27,986 nt of DNA from a virus. Its lineage: Duplodnaviria; Caudoviricetes. Location of the stretch: positions 1 to 27,986 of IMG/VR virus record IMGVR_UViG_3300032130_000407; one strand, written 5' to 3'. The notes beneath the pieces are model-generated. The model did no database searches and was not told the DNA's origin. It worked only from the letters and a program-made list of their open reading frames with translations. Numbering within the stretch: position 1 is the stretch's first letter; each line of letters starts with the position of its first letter. Made by a program: the position numbers and the translations under genes. Positions 5,278-15,173 of this stretch are shown one piece after another.

Positions 5278-8200
5278 ATCGTAGCAAGTAACCCTAGAAT
5301 AAAGTTTGTCGTTTCCGCATCAGCCCCTTGTTCAAACAAGTGAAACGGTCGCTGCTCTGCTGGTAAAGCCAATGCTTCCATAGCGACAGTCAGAACCTCT
5401 GAAAAGAATAACTCTGGACCCGACTCTGGCTCATGCGTTCCATCGAACGGATCATATCCGGGGTCATCTACATAACGATGGTCACCATCATCAGGATAGG
5501 CTTTTCCCATGTAGCCTGACGGAAATGTATCAACGGCGACTTCATCCTTCGGATAAGAGTGCCCCTCGCGTTTGCTTACAGGCATATCATTTATCTGCAC
5601 AAGTTTGGTCCCTAAACTGCCCGATGGAGTATCCGGGTCCATACCGTACCTACGCATAACAAACGCCTGAATCACAGGATAGAGCATCGGATGAATCGCA
5701 TCTAACCGATGTGTTACTTCATGGAACACGGTTGAGTCTCCGTCTTCGGGTGACACATCTACCCGTCCGTCCGCCCACGGCTGCCACACACGCCTGCCCT
5801 GTTGGTAAGTAACGTAGCCCCCGCGCGTAATGAACTTGTATTGAGGTATTACCTCGGACCCATCCTGCGCTGAATCATCTTTCTTATGGGTTTGCAAACC
5901 GAGCCTTCCTGCCAAGCCGAGCCTACGCACCCACTCAATCGGGTAATTTTCTAACACTCTGACAACTGCGTCCTCTGCCTCTTCCGCATAAGATATGTAA
6001 TCTTCTATAGCCTCTTTGATTTCTTTTCGTTTTTCCATACTAAGATTCGGTCGTTGTAACAATCGATGCAGAGCCTCGATCGGGTAATGAGAACCGTCGG
6101 TGCCGTACAGGATTTTTGAACCCTCCCAATCGACAACCATCCCGATCATGTGATGATCAAACTCACCTCCAAGTTCGCCTTCTGTAACTTGGCTATCGTC
6201 CAAATGAACTGCGCTAGTCCGAACGCGGACTCCTTCACCACGCAACAACTCCCTGATGGACTCTGAACCTGTTGCGAATTCACGAATCTTCTTAAGAAAA
6301 TCAAAAGCAATAAGACCGTCGTCACGCTGAACGCCAACAGAAGTCAACTTTCCTGCCCTTATTAAATCTCCCAATTTTCTATGCCGTCGTGCATCTTTGA
6401 TGGATACTTGCCAAGCGGATTCAAGTAAAGTTTCTCCCCTTGCGGATTTCAAATAGGGAGTGCTGACACGCGCTGGAACTAAATCACCAACATTAATAGT
6501 GGTTCCATCGACTGCGGAACGGTTCCTACTCCACTTTCTGTCCGCAGGCCAAATCCCGTAATAGCGACGTACTTGGCTCTCTGCCGCGAAGCGAGTAAGT
6601 ACGCCTTCGAGTTCACCCGGACTGAGCGTACTCACAAGTTCTTTAGCCCTTTGGTCGGACATTCCTAAATCCAAAAACATTTCTTCTACCACGGAAAGAT
6701 CACCTGTGGCATCTTTTAGTTTGGCACGCACCTTGTCGTAAGCCGAAGCAAGTTTCTCAGTACCCACATATTGGAAGAATTGAGGATGCCTCGGGTCGTC
6801 TTCCGCCCAATCGGGATGCTCGTCCGCTAATCCCGGTATCCCATCTATTTCATCATGCAGAGCCTCAGCAACCAGAGTTGGTAGATCATCCAACGTATCT
6901 AATAATTGTTGTTCCGTTATTCTTCCTTGCTCAAAATCTTCGGTAAGACTATCAATCAAACCTTCGAATAAAACTAACGGATCACCATTCCACATAGCCT
7001 GATGGACCGGCCAACCACCCTCTCCTCCCTCAGCGTTCCACGCTCCACCTTCTGCCTCATCCTCATATCCCCGACCGGGGTCGTGGGGCTTGTCGGGACG
7101 ATCCGCTCGCGCCCACTCAGGGGTATAACCCAAAATCCGTTCCGCTATTGATGCACCAATCTGGTTAAGCCGTGCCGCTTCGGCTGGGCGTGTAAGATGG
7201 CTGTCGGCCATGTCGTCCGCATCGAGCCCGACTGACTGTTCGTGTGCGAGGTAATGTGCAGCGTCATTAGCAGCGTTTCTTACCAGTTCGCCATCTGTTC
7301 GACCTAATATCTCCGACAGAAAATCTTCTGGTCTAGCGGATTCCCTTATCTCTTTAGCACGAACGGTTCGTACTGCTTCTCCTATCAGCGCCCCAACCCT
7401 CAAAATAGAAGTAAGCAGTTCATCAGCCGTCGTTCCGATCGTGGTATCTTCATCCTCGACTGCTTCTCGTACCGCATGAATCAATAACTCCAAAGGAATG
7501 TCAGCGTTAGGATCATCTAAAAGAGCCTGCATCATTTCATCCGGTATTTCGTCCACTTCAACAGGTACTAACGCGTTACCATTCGCGTCCATTACATAAA
7601 AACCGTCTCTCAACCTGTCCTGAGGGCTTGGACCTAGTGCAAGTTCCAGACCCGATTCGTTTTGGAAATCGGCAGGCGGAACAGGAAGTGGTTTACCGAC
7701 AAAAACAACCCGTCGCTCGCCTATCTCAAAGCCATCCCTAATCATTTCCATGGCATCATCCATCGAAGTGATTCCCATATTCTGTAACACGGCGTGGGCA
7801 TCCTTAAAAAATACCGCTGCCTCATCTACCGCCCTTCTAAAATCTGCCTTATAGCCTGTTCTCTTACTATTCTCATATCTCCCTAACGGTTCTTGAAATT
7901 TACGAAGTCTTTGTAATGATTTTTTCAAAGCAGCAACCTGTGGAGACGCGATGATTTCTCTCGCCTTCTTCACCAGCCCGCTCTCTCCCTCCTCCGGCTC
8001 CAGTAAACTTACTGTCGTGTAATCTCCAGCCTCATCTACCGGATCTAAAAGTGTTTCAGCAATAGCAGCAATACTCTCAAGAGCCTCTTCACTCGTAATC
8101 GGTTCATCTGGTTGAACATCTTCGTCAGGGTCACCCCTTCCTCTCAGAGGAGAGCGATCTCCTCTGCTTGTGCGACGAAACTCCTCACGCAAAGCCTCCT

Positions 8201-8630
8201 GTGATCCCCACCGCGCTGGACCAGAAGATGCGGGTGGTTTAGGAATCGGAGGCAAACTCGCTGCTCGTTGCTGCGCCTCGCGCGCTTTCCGTCGTTCCTC
8301 CTGTTGGGAAACCGTCGTGGTTTGTATTGTCCGTAAACCTGACGGTTGTTCTCCACCAACATCGGTTGCCACAGATGGAGCCTCATAGCCTTGATCCCCG
8401 TAAGTCGGGGTGTATGCAACAGCGTTGCCTTTCTTATCAACAACCCTGACATCTCTTGGACGAGTAGTGGCCTCTAATCCCTCCAGAATTTCCTTACCGA
8501 ATTCATCTAACATCCGTGTTCCACCGGGCCGCTCCCAAGCCGTGCCCTCCTGAACAATTTTATCCATGTCCGCGTCGATAGGTTCAGACTTGTAAGGCTC
8601 GATTCTTAACCCACCCCAACGCGGAGCCAT
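5274..8630 (-). CDS. 1118-aa protein with C-terminal zincin-like metallopeptidase motif
   Basis: HEVTH at 5709-5723 plus downstream SEVLT glutamate; start ATG 8630 by TAATG coupling and GGAGAGG RBS. Confidence 0.7.
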   Translation of the reverse strand: MAPRWGGLRIEPYKSEPIDADMDKIVQEGTAWERPGGTRMLDEFGKEILEGLEATTRPRDVRVVDKKGNAVAYTPTYGDQGYEAPSVATDVGGEQPSGLRTIQTTTVSQQEERRKAREAQQRAASLPPIPKPPASSGPARWGSQEALREEFRRTSRGDRSPLRGRGDPDEDVQPDEPITSEEALESIAAIAETLLDPVDEAGDYTTVSLLEPEEGESGLVKKAREIIASPQVAALKKSLQRLRKFQEPLGRYENSKRTGYKADFRRAVDEAAVFFKDAHAVLQNMGITSMDDAMEMIRDGFEIGERRVVFVGKPLPVPPADFQNESGLELALGPSPQDRLRDGFYVMDANGNALVPVEVDEIPDEMMQALLDDPNADIPLELLIHAVREAVEDEDTTIGTTADELLTSILRVGALIGEAVRTVRAKEIRESARPEDFLSEILGRTDGELVRNAANDAAHYLAHEQSVGLDADDMADSHLTRPAEAARLNQIGASIAERILGYTPEWARADRPDKPHDPGRGYEDEAEGGAWNAEGGEGGWPVHQAMWNGDPLVLFEGLIDSLTEDFEQGRITEQQLLDTLDDLPTLVAEALHDEIDGIPGLADEHPDWAEDDPRHPQFFQYVGTEKLASAYDKVRAKLKDATGDLSVVEEMFLDLGMSDQRAKELVSTLSPGELEGVLTRFAAESQVRRYYGIWPADRKWSRNRSAVDGTTINVGDLVPARVSTPYLKSARGETLLESAWQVSIKDARRHRKLGDLIRAGKLTSVGVQRDDGLIAFDFLKKIREFATGSESIRELLRGEGVRVRTSAVHLDDSQVTEGELGGEFDHHMIGMVVDWEGSKILYGTDGSHYPIEALHRLLQRPNLSMEKRKEIKEAIEDYISYAEEAEDAVVRVLENYPIEWVRRLGLAGRLGLQTHKKDDSAQDGSEVIPQYKFITRGGYVTYQQGRRVWQPWADGRVDVSPEDGDSTVFHEVTHRLDAIHPMLYPVIQAFVMRRYGMDPDTPSGSLGTKLVQINDMPVSKREGHSYPKDEVAVDTFPSGYMGKAYPDDGDHRYVDDPGYDPFDGTHEPESGPELFFSEVLTVAMEALALPAEQRPFHLFEQGADAETTNFILGLLATI

Positions 8631-8887
8631 TAGCCGCTCAACCTCTCCCCACACTTGTCGCAAAACGATGACCACGGATAAGTCTGACGGAACTCCGCAG
8701 GATGAGTGCAGTATAAAACTGTCTTAACATAGGAACCGACAGTAGTTCGAATCAACTCCGACATACTTATATCGCCCGTCTCGGCAGCACGCTTCCACTC
8801 CTCTCGCTCCTCTTCAGAAATTCTTACCAAAATCTGTGCTGTTTTAGTATCTTCTTCAGTCGCTATGTTCGATGGCTTCTGCATCAA
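8630..8887 (-). CDS. ribbon-helix-helix protein with C-terminal Cys/His cluster
   Basis: QILVRISEEEREEWKRAA..ISMSELIR (RHH pattern); CTH...CDKC. Confidence 0.7.
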   Translation of the reverse strand: MMQKPSNIATEEDTKTAQILVRISEEEREEWKRAAETGDISMSELIRTTVGSYVKTVLYCTHPAEFRQTYPWSSFCDKCGERLSG

Positions 8888-9464
8888 TAATCTCCGCTTC
8901 TGTTATTTCCTCTGAATCTTCAACTTCTGCTAATACTTTTTCGACTACACCCGATTCCAAAACTCCAGCCTTCTGCATCAATTCCAATAGTTGCATCGAT
9001 TCGCCTCGATAATCAACCATGCCCGTTTTCTGTAAGGCTTCCCCAGCCAAACTGTGACGAATGTCCGCAGTACCGCCAACATTCAAATCAACCTTCTGAA
9101 CCTCCATGCCCAACAGGCGCGACCTGCGATCCATGATTCCCAGAACTGTTTGAATTGCTTTCATGTCAGGCTCAACAACTAACTCCTCATCACCAATCGT
9201 TTCCCGTCGGAACTGAGTCAATGGCCAGACAGAGGATTGAAGATTATCTAAACGCTCCAATTCCATTCTCAAAACTTCAGGATATGCCAAAGCGGTATCC
9301 CGGTTTAATCTTTCCAGAACACGACTGATCCCCTTCGAAACAACCGACACGGATACTTCATAACGCTTGGCTATCTCAGAATGAGAAGCACCGGCCTGCC
9401 GCATACGGAACATCTTTAAATCCCGTTCAGCAATAAACTCCCTAGTTAGATTATTCCCTGCCAT
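8856..9464 (-). CDS. HTH DNA-binding protein, terminase small subunit-like
   Basis: RQAGASHSEIAKRYEVSVSVV HTH; ELERLD and IMDRRSRLLG motifs typical of phage TerS-like HTH proteins. Confidence 0.6.
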   Translation of the reverse strand: MAGNNLTREFIAERDLKMFRMRQAGASHSEIAKRYEVSVSVVSKGISRVLERLNRDTALAYPEVLRMELERLDNLQSSVWPLTQFRRETIGDEELVVEPDMKAIQTVLGIMDRRSRLLGMEVQKVDLNVGGTADIRHSLAGEALQKTGMVDYRGESMQLLELMQKAGVLESGVVEKVLAEVEDSEEITEAEIIDAEAIEHSD

Positions 9465-9816
9465 CTTCCCTAGTTCCTTTTACAATAGGTTGATCCTTAT
9501 AATACCGCAGCATGTCAGCCATAAACTCTGCAATCGTGGGTTTCGCTGGTGGAATCCCTCGCGCTCGTTGTTCCTTAGATAGTTGTCGTGGGGTTAGTCC
9601 GGCCCACACCCCATGCATATCTGCTGCTGGGAACTCTAAAGCATACATTAAACACTCCGACTTAACAGAACAGGCCCGACAGATACGTCGGGCCTCAGAG
9701 ATGTAGGTAATGTCTTTATGCTTCTTGGGGAACATCAAATGACCCTTCCCCTTGCAGTTTGCTTTGTCTTTCCAGTTGACAACCTCTCTACTGTCACCTA
9801 ATGTTTCATCGTCCAT
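9451..9816 (-). CDS. whiB: WhiB family Fe-S transcription factor
   Basis: W..ANC, CRAC..K.EC..YAL, GVWAG motifs with four Cys. Confidence 0.92.
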   Translation of the reverse strand: MDDETLGDSREVVNWKDKANCKGKGHLMFPKKHKDITYISEARRICRACSVKSECLMYALEFPAADMHGVWAGLTPRQLSKEQRARGIPPAKPTIAEFMADMLRYYKDQPIVKGTREDGRE

Positions 9817-9824
9817 CTACACCT

Positions 9825-10976
9825 TTATCGAATGTATTCTTTGTCCCTATAAAGGGACCATCCTTCACGAATAGTTACCATTTCCATATTGAATTTCCCG
9901 TCACCTTCCTCGTACTGAACTACCGCTAAACCTTGTTGCCAATTTTCATGGCGTTTCAGGGGCCGACCATCTAAATCCGTACCACCTTTAGTGGAAGGAA
10001 CCGCTCCATCTATCCGAGCCAAACAACCCGGCGAGGCTGCCGTCACAGTTTTGGGACCGTCGTAATCTTCACGAGTCATTTCCGCCCATTCTCGCCTGTG
10101 TATATGTCCATATATAACAGAAATCTTCTCGCGTTTCAAGTATGCCATAGCGGTACTGCCACCACTTCGCACAATATCTCCATGAATAACTTTTATATGC
10201 TCGTTAATCCACACCATTGAAGCAGGATAACCAGACAAATATTCAATACCGAAATCATCCAAGCGACAAAGATTTGGAACACTCAACACGGGCCAACTCT
10301 CTGGATGCTTCCCCTGCTTTATACCAAATGCTGCCATAGCATTATCCAGCATGAAATTCGTTAACCGTTCTTCATGGTTGCCCGCCAACCAACTGATCTT
10401 CGCATTGGGGGCAGCAGCCCGCGTCTCAGCACAAATCTCCGTAGCCCTGTCAATGGATGCCTGCGTCGTCTGTTGAAACGCCGGAGACAGTCGATACTTG
10501 CCCAACTCTGGCAGATCCAGATTGTCCCCCACCATCACCACCAAATCAGGATTGATGTCTTTAGTAATCTCCAGAGCAATAGCGATGGCGTCTTCGTCGT
10601 GGGTTGCCTCTAGTTCTCCATCCTTGTTCCGGAAGTACCCGATCTGCATGTCGGGTAGAACAACACAGGTTTTTAACGCCGTTTTCTTTTTGGTGGTAGA
10701 ACTCTTGGGAAGTTTGATTGTGGGTCCGGGTTGGATGACGGGCCACTCTGGACCCGTTTCCCACGACGGAGAAATTTGAATACCGACCAGATCATGTACC
10801 TGCGCCTCGCCGTCCGCATCTTTAGTTAGAGATTGATAAACGGAAATCTTTTTGATATCCCCGATTTGATCAATGTCGATGTCTTGACGATCCAGCAGTT
10901 GAGCCAACTTGCCAATCGACTGTCGGCTCGGCTCCTGCATCTTCTTCAAATTATCCTTCAAATCCTTCTTACTCAT
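9825..10976 (-). CDS. calcineurin-like metallophosphoesterase
   Basis: PDMQ, GDNLD, GNHE, HG, GHIH motifs; start MSKKD after GGAGG. Confidence 0.88.
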   Translation of the reverse strand: MSKKDLKDNLKKMQEPSRQSIGKLAQLLDRQDIDIDQIGDIKKISVYQSLTKDADGEAQVHDLVGIQISPSWETGPEWPVIQPGPTIKLPKSSTTKKKTALKTCVVLPDMQIGYFRNKDGELEATHDEDAIAIALEITKDINPDLVVMVGDNLDLPELGKYRLSPAFQQTTQASIDRATEICAETRAAAPNAKISWLAGNHEERLTNFMLDNAMAAFGIKQGKHPESWPVLSVPNLCRLDDFGIEYLSGYPASMVWINEHIKVIHGDIVRSGGSTAMAYLKREKISVIYGHIHRREWAEMTREDYDGPKTVTAASPGCLARIDGAVPSTKGGTDLDGRPLKRHENWQQGLAVVQYEEGDGKFNMEMVTIREGWSLYRDKEYIR

Positions 10977-11250
10977 TACCGCCTCCCAAGAGTTCTGAAC
11001 AATGTGGGTTACATCTACAAACCCGCCGTTTGTAGATACTGATGCTCTCACGACTGATCTTGTAGCCGTGACCTTTCAACTCCTGCTGGAGACTCAGGAT
11101 CGGCACATCCGAGTTCATAAAAAGGTCTGACAACATTGTGGACAACTCGGGATCATCTTCCTTCACCGCTCGTAAAAACCTTTCCGCTGGGCATGTCAAC
11201 TCGGCAGAATCCGGTGAGAGCGCTTTCAACTTTTCCCGAAGTTCCCGCAT
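10969..11250 (-). CDS. small HTH-like protein with terminal CxC
   Basis: LQQELKGHGYKISRESISIYKRRVCRC; overlaps phosphoesterase start. Confidence 0.65.
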   Translation of the reverse strand: MRELREKLKALSPDSAELTCPAERFLRAVKEDDPELSTMLSDLFMNSDVPILSLQQELKGHGYKISRESISIYKRRVCRCNPHCSELLGGGNE

Positions 11251-11311
11251 ACTGCTGCCTCTCTGTTGCTGTCGTGGTCAAACTCGTTGCTGCTGTCGTC
11301 TATGATAAACC

Positions 11312-11779
11312 ATGACGAGTGGTTCTACGGGGATCAAAGACATGACAGATTTCAAAGGCTACGGAGCCAACTATCAGCATTACGTTAAGAAACGCATCGC
11401 TGATGCCATCGCTGGCGCAGACACATTGGAAGTGGCTGCTGACTATGTAATGGAAATCCTTAACGATTTACGTCTGGTCTCGTATAGCAAGCGTGACCGC
11501 GTCTCTTTATTGACCCAAGCGGGAAGAGCATTTGTCCTTCTGATAGAGAATCCAAACTCCACCCAACGAGAAATCGCTGTTAGGCTGGGGATTAACGATT
11601 CCGGGGCACAGCGTCTAATAACAAAACTCCTAGAAGACGGACTGGTGCAACGACAAAAGCGAGGACAGGGGTATTCCTACCGTCCCCACTATGAAAGCGT
11701 GTGGAAGCACCCCGATGTGTGGAGATTTGCCCTTGCTATAGCCGACATGTCCAAGAAACAGCCGGAAGATCCCCACTGA
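11312..11779 (+). CDS. MarR-like winged-helix protein
   Basis: NPNSTQREIAVRLGINDSGAQRLITKLLEDGLVQRQK; TATGAT 5 nt before ATG. Confidence 0.8.
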   Translation: MTSGSTGIKDMTDFKGYGANYQHYVKKRIADAIAGADTLEVAADYVMEILNDLRLVSYSKRDRVSLLTQAGRAFVLLIENPNSTQREIAVRLGINDSGAQRLITKLLEDGLVQRQKRGQGYSYRPHYESVWKHPDVWRFALAIADMSKKQPEDPH

Positions 11780-11848
11780 TATACATAGATTTGCTAAGAT
11801 CGAACAGATTTCAACTCTGAAAGTCTCCAATTCTTGTCAGGAGTAGCC

Positions 11849-12223
11849 ATGTCAGACAACGGTGCTGAAATAACACACGCCCCCGGATCGGATTTGTCGT
11901 TAGAGGCGACAGAAATGTTGTTGGAAGACATCGCTTCAACTGTTTTCGGAGCAGAGGTAGAGGAAGTTATCGAGATTCACTACGCCATGTTGGAAAATGG
12001 AACAACAAATACACACACCGTCCAGTGTAAATCTCTTGAAGCGGCATTTAAAAATGTTAGAGAACTTGCAAAATCATCTTCCATTCTTCCCAACACTATA
12101 CAGGTAACTTCTCATAAAAGAATCATCACACCAAAAGTAGAACACGCAATAAAAGAAGAAACCCCACCCGATGCACCCAGATGGAAGCCCCCTGAATCGC
12201 ATCCGTATATCCCCAAAAATTAA
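11849..12223 (+). CDS. hypothetical protein
   Basis: AGGAG RBS before ATG 11849. Confidence 0.7.
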   Translation: MSDNGAEITHAPGSDLSLEATEMLLEDIASTVFGAEVEEVIEIHYAMLENGTTNTHTVQCKSLEAAFKNVRELAKSSSILPNTIQVTSHKRIITPKVEHAIKEETPPDAPRWKPPESHPYIPKN

Positions 12224-12573
12224 TCGTCCGACTTCAAAGGTTCTCGCACTCCCAGCCAACTAGCAAAAGCCGTGTCCTCCAAGGGTAACCACCACATCTG
12301 ACACGCACCCAAGTCGAAGTCATCCCCCAAAAGCGTCCATGCTATTTCCATCTCAGCCTGAACTGGGGCCGAACCAACGTTACATTCCAACCCAAAGTTA
12401 TTGATGAAATACTCAACAACACAAGGAGCCTCTCTCAAATTACACGGTCCCCCTTGTTTCCCATGAGGACACACCAGTAATCCTATTTTCAACTCATTCT
12501 GTTCTAACTCTAGGTATATGATATGGCCATCTGTGTGCCACGTTGCATCATAACTGGCTGTAATCTCAGCCAT
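12220..12573 (-). CDS. hypothetical protein (117 aa)
   Basis: Coupled by TAATG to upstream gene; five Cys. Confidence 0.75.
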   Translation of the reverse strand: MAEITASYDATWHTDGHIIYLELEQNELKIGLLVCPHGKQGGPCNLREAPCVVEYFINNFGLECNVGSAPVQAEMEIAWTLLGDDFDLGACQMWWLPLEDTAFASWLGVREPLKSDD

Positions 12574-12746
12574 TACTTCTTCTTTTTCTCCTGATCTGCC
12601 TCCACCTCTGGCTCCGCAATCACACTACGTTCTGCTAGTTCTTGTTGCATTTTGGCCAAAGCCATCTTCAACATTGTATTTTCTGTCGTCAAAGCACCAA
12701 TCTGAGAACTTAGACTGTTGATTACTTCTTCAGGGTTGATGTCCAT
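12573..12746 (-). CDS. small coiled-coil protein (57 aa)
   Basis: AGGAG RBS; LSSQIGALTTENTMLKMALAKMQQEL heptads. Confidence 0.75.
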   Translation of the reverse strand: MDINPEEVINSLSSQIGALTTENTMLKMALAKMQQELAERSVIAEPEVEADQEKKKK

Positions 12747-12804
12747 CAATTTCTCTCCTTGTAGGGCACCCCGTAAGGATAGACTATTCACCGGAGGTAA
12801 TGCA

Positions 12805-13155
12805 ATGACCGCAGCAACCCACAACATAACCTGCGAACAGGGATCAACATTTGTAAAAACGTTGACAATCACCAACAACGCCACCCCCGCCGTCGCCCGC
12901 GATCTCAGCACTTACTCGGGCCGAATGCAACTGCGTCCTGATATTGAATCAACCACAAAATTATTGGATCTCACTTCAGGAGCAGGAGATATTACTCTCA
13001 ACTCAAGTGGTGTCATCGTCGTTACAGTTAGCGCAACAAACACCGCCGCCCTAAGTCAAGGTGGAGTTTACGATCTAGAGATCGAAGATGCGAGTGGTGT
13101 CGTGGAGCGCGTTATTGAAGGAACTTTCACCCTCAACAAAGAAGTAACCCGTTAG
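12805..13155 (+). CDS. putative virion/tail-associated beta-sandwich protein
   Basis: GGAGG RBS; QGSTF...DLSTYSGRMQLR...YDLEI...RVIEG pattern of phage BppU-like small proteins. Confidence 0.65.
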   Translation: MTAATHNITCEQGSTFVKTLTITNNATPAVARDLSTYSGRMQLRPDIESTTKLLDLTSGAGDITLNSSGVIVVTVSATNTAALSQGGVYDLEIEDASGVVERVIEGTFTLNKEVTR

Positions 13156-13613
13156 TTAAGTATCCCCGGTGGTGAATGCTTCCTCTTCTTGGCCGCTGGC
13201 TTCGGGGATGATTTGGATTTCTTCTTGGGCTGTTCGTAGGCTTCGTTCACATCGGGAGTGGATTTGTCGTCACTCCTATAGGTACCGTCCGACTTGCGCG
13301 CCCGCTTAGATGCGGGCGCTTGTGCTGAGAGAGTTCTTACTAGTTCCTGTAGTTCTCTTCGCTCCCCGTGACATCGTTCGACATCCTTCTCCAAAGCGGT
13401 AATCCTTGCTTCCAACTCCCTGCGATCTGCTTGATATTCCTGCTCGCGCCGATCCATCTCGGTCCGTAGTTCATCTCGTAATCGTTGACCAATTTGGAAG
13501 TCCGACTGGTAACGCTCAGTCTTATGTTTACGCCTCATATTGCGCTCCCTGAAAATTGCCGCCACAGCGACTAAGATAGCGCCGATTGCACCACTAGCGA
13601 AGACGGATTCCAT
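13152..13613 (-). CDS. membrane-anchored coiled-coil protein
   Basis: N-terminal TM helix, coiled coil, RARKSDGTYRSDDKSTPDVNEAY motif, basic tail. Confidence 0.7.
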   Translation of the reverse strand: MESVFASGAIGAILVAVAAIFRERNMRRKHKTERYQSDFQIGQRLRDELRTEMDRREQEYQADRRELEARITALEKDVERCHGERRELQELVRTLSAQAPASKRARKSDGTYRSDDKSTPDVNEAYEQPKKKSKSSPKPAAKKRKHSPPGILN

Positions 13614-13685
13614 AGGACCCCCACGGGACAGCAGACCTGCTAATAATAGCAACTAAGGAATACGAAAACCTACAACAAACAAAAC

Positions 13686-14552
13686 ATGAATATAAACCCA
13701 GACCTATTTCAAAAATTCTACGATCATAACTTGATCGAAAACTGGCCATCTCCGGAACTCCTCCCACGGCTGGATCGACCCAACCAAGAACCTACGACTA
13801 ATCTCCAAGCCGAATGGCAAGACGACGGACTAGTGATTCTTCCCAACTTCATGCCTGAATATTTTCTGGACAGATATGCAGAAGCGTGGCTACGGGACAA
13901 CGCCAACCGACCCCGCGGCTGGCCATTCGACGTTCCTTATATGTACATTTCAGCCCTTATGGATATGCTGGCATACGAACCGCTACATAAAGTAATGGAA
14001 GAACTCATCGAAGAACCGATGGGAACTCATCTCAACCTGACCGGATGGCGTTCAACTCAAAGAAACTGGCATCAAGACGGATATCTAAACCCCGATCATG
14101 TACATGACTTTTACTGTGCCGTATGGATTGCTCTTGATGACATCCATCCAGACGCAGGACCATTTCAATTTATTCGTGGTTCTCACACATTCCCAGTCAT
14201 CACCAACCAGAAGATGCTCGCCGCCTTAAAACCAGAGCAGAGAGGTGATAACTGGCCCAAACATTCAGAAGAAATCCTGACTCCCATCTTTGAACAACTT
14301 CTCATTGATGCGGAATTGAATGTAGAAAGTTTCATCGCCCAAAAGGGAGATGTATTGATCTGGCACAGCCGACTGATGCATCGTGGGAGCGCCCCCATCA
14401 ATCCAGACTTGGAGCGCCGCGCGTGTATCGCTCACTATTCAGGCATCGATCACAGACCCGACATGCCCAATCAGCCACTCTCACGAATCGGCAGGACTAA
14501 TAACTTTCAACTTTCTGGCTACTACTTCCCGATTGAACAAGCGTATCGTTAA
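13686..14552 (+). CDS. phytanoyl-CoA dioxygenase (PhyH) family 2OG-Fe(II) oxygenase
   Basis: WHQD, VWIALDD, GP...GSH, GDVLIWH..L.H, distal R. Confidence 0.9.
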   Translation: MNINPDLFQKFYDHNLIENWPSPELLPRLDRPNQEPTTNLQAEWQDDGLVILPNFMPEYFLDRYAEAWLRDNANRPRGWPFDVPYMYISALMDMLAYEPLHKVMEELIEEPMGTHLNLTGWRSTQRNWHQDGYLNPDHVHDFYCAVWIALDDIHPDAGPFQFIRGSHTFPVITNQKMLAALKPEQRGDNWPKHSEEILTPIFEQLLIDAELNVESFIAQKGDVLIWHSRLMHRGSAPINPDLERRACIAHYSGIDHRPDMPNQPLSRIGRTNNFQLSGYYFPIEQAYR

Positions 14553-15173
14553 ATGCTAACCATAGTTATTGCCTCTTACCGGTATGGACATTTGGCCGCA
14601 CATTGTATTGAAAGTCTCCTAGCCCAAACTAAAGCACCTGACAAAATTCTATTCGTAGATGATGGCATCGGTGACTGCACCCATTTGCCAGCAGTGTATC
14701 CCGAAGTTGAATACGTTCTAAGAGAAGAAAACCTTGGCGTAGTAAACAACTTTCAAGACATGTTGATGAGAGTTCAAACTGAATACACAATGTTTGTAGG
14801 AGCAGACAACTGGCTACGCTCTGACACTGTTGAACAACTATTAGAACATAACTACCTACGAGATGCTGACATTGTTACCTATGAAATTATGGTAACCGGA
14901 GAGTTCAAGATGAAACATCGCGACGCAGGATTGCCCGATGTTATGAGAAACGGGGATGTCTACTGGCGTCGTAACGGCCACCACGGTTCGATAATGTACC
15001 GCACATCCTTAGGACAAGCAGCGGGGTATGCAGCCAAGGACGGACAAAAGAACGCGTGTGAAGATTGGGAACTGTGGGATCGGATGCTGGCGGGCGGTGC
15101 CACAGTTACTCATCTCAACGAGCCGCTGCTCTACTATAGAAGACACAGAGAGAACTTCATTAACTGTGGTTAG
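14553..15173 (+). CDS. glycosyltransferase family 2
   Basis: IVIASY, VDDG, ENLG, GADN, EDWELW, YYRRH. Confidence 0.9.
   Translation: MLTIVIASYRYGHLAAHCIESLLAQTKAPDKILFVDDGIGDCTHLPAVYPEVEYVLREENLGVVNNFQDMLMRVQTEYTMFVGADNWLRSDTVEQLLEHNYLRDADIVTYEIMVTGEFKMKHRDAGLPDVMRNGDVYWRRNGHHGSIMYRTSLGQAAGYAAKDGQKNACEDWELWDRMLAGGATVTHLNEPLLYYRRHRENFINCG

Noticed and set aside
13686-15173. TET/JBP plus glycosyltransferase DNA hypermodification system
   Set aside because: Oxygenase motifs are PhyH-type, not TET/JBP; a DNA substrate cannot be supported
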